Below, piece after piece: positions 61,362-64,000 of a stretch of 64,000 nucleotides of DNA. The position numbers and the translations under genes were made by a program. The stretch's first letter is position 1, and the number at the start of each line of letters is the position of its first letter. The notes below the pieces were generated by a model. It was given only the letters and a program-made list of their open reading frames with translations, was not told the DNA's origin and did not search any database. The DNA comes from Tubiluchus corallicola (lineage: Eukaryota; Animalia; Priapulida). The stretch lies in the NCBI GenBank assembly GCA_030141605.1, contig JAQGDQ010000124.1:124001-188000 (forward strand), written 5' to 3'.

Positions 61362-64000
61362 TAATTAGTAAAAGAGACTGTTAATATTAAAAATGAAAAA
61401 TATGGGAAATCCAAGTGACAAACAATAAACAGGTTAATGTACGAGAAGAAAAGATTTTAACTGAATTGTAATCAGCAATTACAATAGTTTAAGGTCACGT
61501 AGCAACAATTCCATGTGCTTGCTAACTAAACGTGTGAAAAATGGAATGAATCATAATAAATCCATTACCCTCATTATAACAGCAGTAGCTGGTATAAACA
61601 TAATCGCAATCGTATTATGTAGTATAAGTTTATGTATTGTACATTAACTGTGCTATTTGGAATTATCTAGATGATTGTCAAATATATCCGGGAAAGCTCA
61701 TATGCTTACATATGTGGATAAACTTATCAGCATATTACCACACACTGGTAAGCTTATTGTAATAACGTATGAACACTAAGCGAATTATAAATAGGCACAG
61801 ATCTACTATGCATTATTACGTATTTTTTTCACAAATATTGCGTATTAAATTGTATTGAGCATGCTTCGTGATGTGTTCTTTTACGCGACACAGTTCAATC
61901 AGATACTTGAAATAACACAAAACCACAATTAACAGAAGTCATCAACCCCATTTCTTTCGTATAGCCAAAATCATTTCTGAAGACTGGTTTGTAAAATTCT
62001 AATCATTGCTTGACTACGTGCGATATCTTAAGGTGCTTTGTGAAAAAACATAATGCAAGTTTGGATCAGAGGCATAACATTCATGTAGGTGTTTTTCATT
62101 ATGTAATCGAAGCATTGTCATAATTCATTTATTTTGATTTCTCCATGCTTCATCCCATATAAATCTGTATTATCAGGGCAGGAACCAGGAAGAACATGAT
62201 TTTATCAAAAGTTCGCATTCATACATTGAAAACTGATACAAGGTCTACGTGTAAAATGTTAGAAAAGCATCGCAACTGCATCATTTAAACCCACGCAGGC
62301 ATCAGATCATAATTCTTTTTAATCGCTTGTTTCTTGTTAGTTTCTTTTTGTGTTGGAAAACTATTGGGGCAATAATTGAAAATGGTTAATTAGCGTAAGC
62401 ACCTATCTGTTCGTCCGGTATCTGTAAGACGAACGTATTGCCAGGTTGGTGGGGATCAACCGTGCAGTTTCTTGCTCAACTGAAGTGTCGAAGTTTCTCA
62501 GATATTTCGTCATTGGTATCGGAAACCACACTGATTTCAAAAATCCATCAATGCAAAAATGGGTAAATAATTACTTACTACGTTGGACAATCACATAAAT
62601 TTCTTACTCAAAATGATTAAATAAAAAATGTTATTATAAAATAGTGTATAGGCTAATAATAAATTTCACGAAAATAAGCAAAAAGTAGTAAACGCAAACT
62701 CTACATTTCTCGTAAATTCAGGCTAACACTGCACTCTTATGTGCCGAATCCATTTAACCAATTATAAATTTTCTTAATGCCAAGTGACTTCGCGTACTAA
62801 TTGGTCACAATACTCGTTTTTCTGCTCCTGTTACCCTGTATACCTCTAGATTCAGAACAGTTGCTCATAAATCAGTTTTGCCACGGGTTTCTTATTTGTG
62901 GAATTCCGTACCTGAAAACCACAGTCTCATTCGATTCAAGAAGTTGTTCAACAAATGCCTTCTACCACTGGCAAATTATTAATGTGAAGTCTATATTTTT
63001 GGACATGTATTCATATTTATCATTTTCTGTTGAGTCCCTTTTCTGAGTGGTTGATCCACTTGTTTGGGTTATTTGTGCAAAGAAATGTTTGGCACAACAA
63101 CAAATACAATACTTAATGAATGCATGCAAAACCTAACGGCTGGGCGCACTCGTTGTGGCAGGACCGGAATCTGTCTCATGAGCACAGATAATCCATTAGG
63201 ATAATACAGCAGACTAGAGGAGATATAGTTCAGGTATGTAAACATTTTTAATCGCAGATTAATAGCAGCATGCAGCTTAAAAACGCCTCTTCCATTTGGT
63301 AATCCTGGTCATTTTCCTGACAATCACCCATTCACTTACTAATCAGGTCCAGTATTACAGCAAAAGGTCTAAGTTTTAAATTGTCTTGTCAATGACAGAG
63401 ATACATACCATACATTACATCTAGAGCCATTTATTTCATTTTTAAAGCAGTTTTTGTATTTGCAAAAATTTTACACATTATTGCAATATAAAAAGTAAAT
63501 CCAACAGTTTTATTTTATCAAAGTTAAAACTTTTTGCTGTGAGATCTAAAGGCCTGGGTTTAGCTGAGAATCAAATATTTCTTTAGGCCGAGTAATATAC
63601 GATTTCCATTGAAATTTAGATCTTAACTCTAATAAAGATTGCAAATTTGCTGAGCTGGATTAAAAATTCATTTCATTCATTTGTCTCGCTGCAAATACCT
63701 AAAAATGAAGCTGCCCCAATGTTATCTTTAAATAATGATACCCTTGACAATGAATCAGGAAATTGCAGCCCCCCATAAAATTTCACACGTAAGAATATTA
63801 AAGAAACTAATTTTGAGATTGTAATTTTATTAGTTTGGAGCTTTCATACCACAATGCAGAAAATGGTGGAAAAGAGGCAAGGTATTTAATACCTGCCGAG
63901 ATGTTCACTTTCATAGGTCACAGTACATTGAACACGCTGAATATATTAAAGCATGATAATCAGAAAAGTAATTCACAGTTCACAGGAGAGACTACAAATA

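Noticed and set aside
62380-63240. Possible further gene (donor-like cag|gtatgt at 63235; ORF 62801-63046)
   Set aside because: Stops in all frames of the candidate exon and no recognisable protein motif; could be a non-coding exon

Overview
AT-rich invertebrate animal genomic DNA; the species cannot be identified from the sequence. The window is dominated by a plus-strand Piezo mechanosensitive channel gene whose N-terminal exons lie upstream of the window. I traced 44 GT-AG exons with consistent phases from 10353 to the stop at 55027 (6279 nt, about 2092 aa). A complete three-exon PGRP gene (199 aa, secreted, amidase-type) is nested antisense in one Piezo intron. A convergent CHST/GlcNAc-6-O-type sulfotransferase with altered PAPS motifs lies downstream. 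The most notable signals are RNA-regulatory. These are a set of frame-preserving candidate micro-exons with a dense TGCATG (Rbfox) cluster, an exon-intron duplex with an A-C mismatch resembling an ADAR recoding site, and a candidate cassette exon next to the latch region. Introns also carry MITEs, LINE and SINE remnants, a LINE-derived 60-bp minisatellite and a perfect 179-bp duplication. All coordinates were read by eye.
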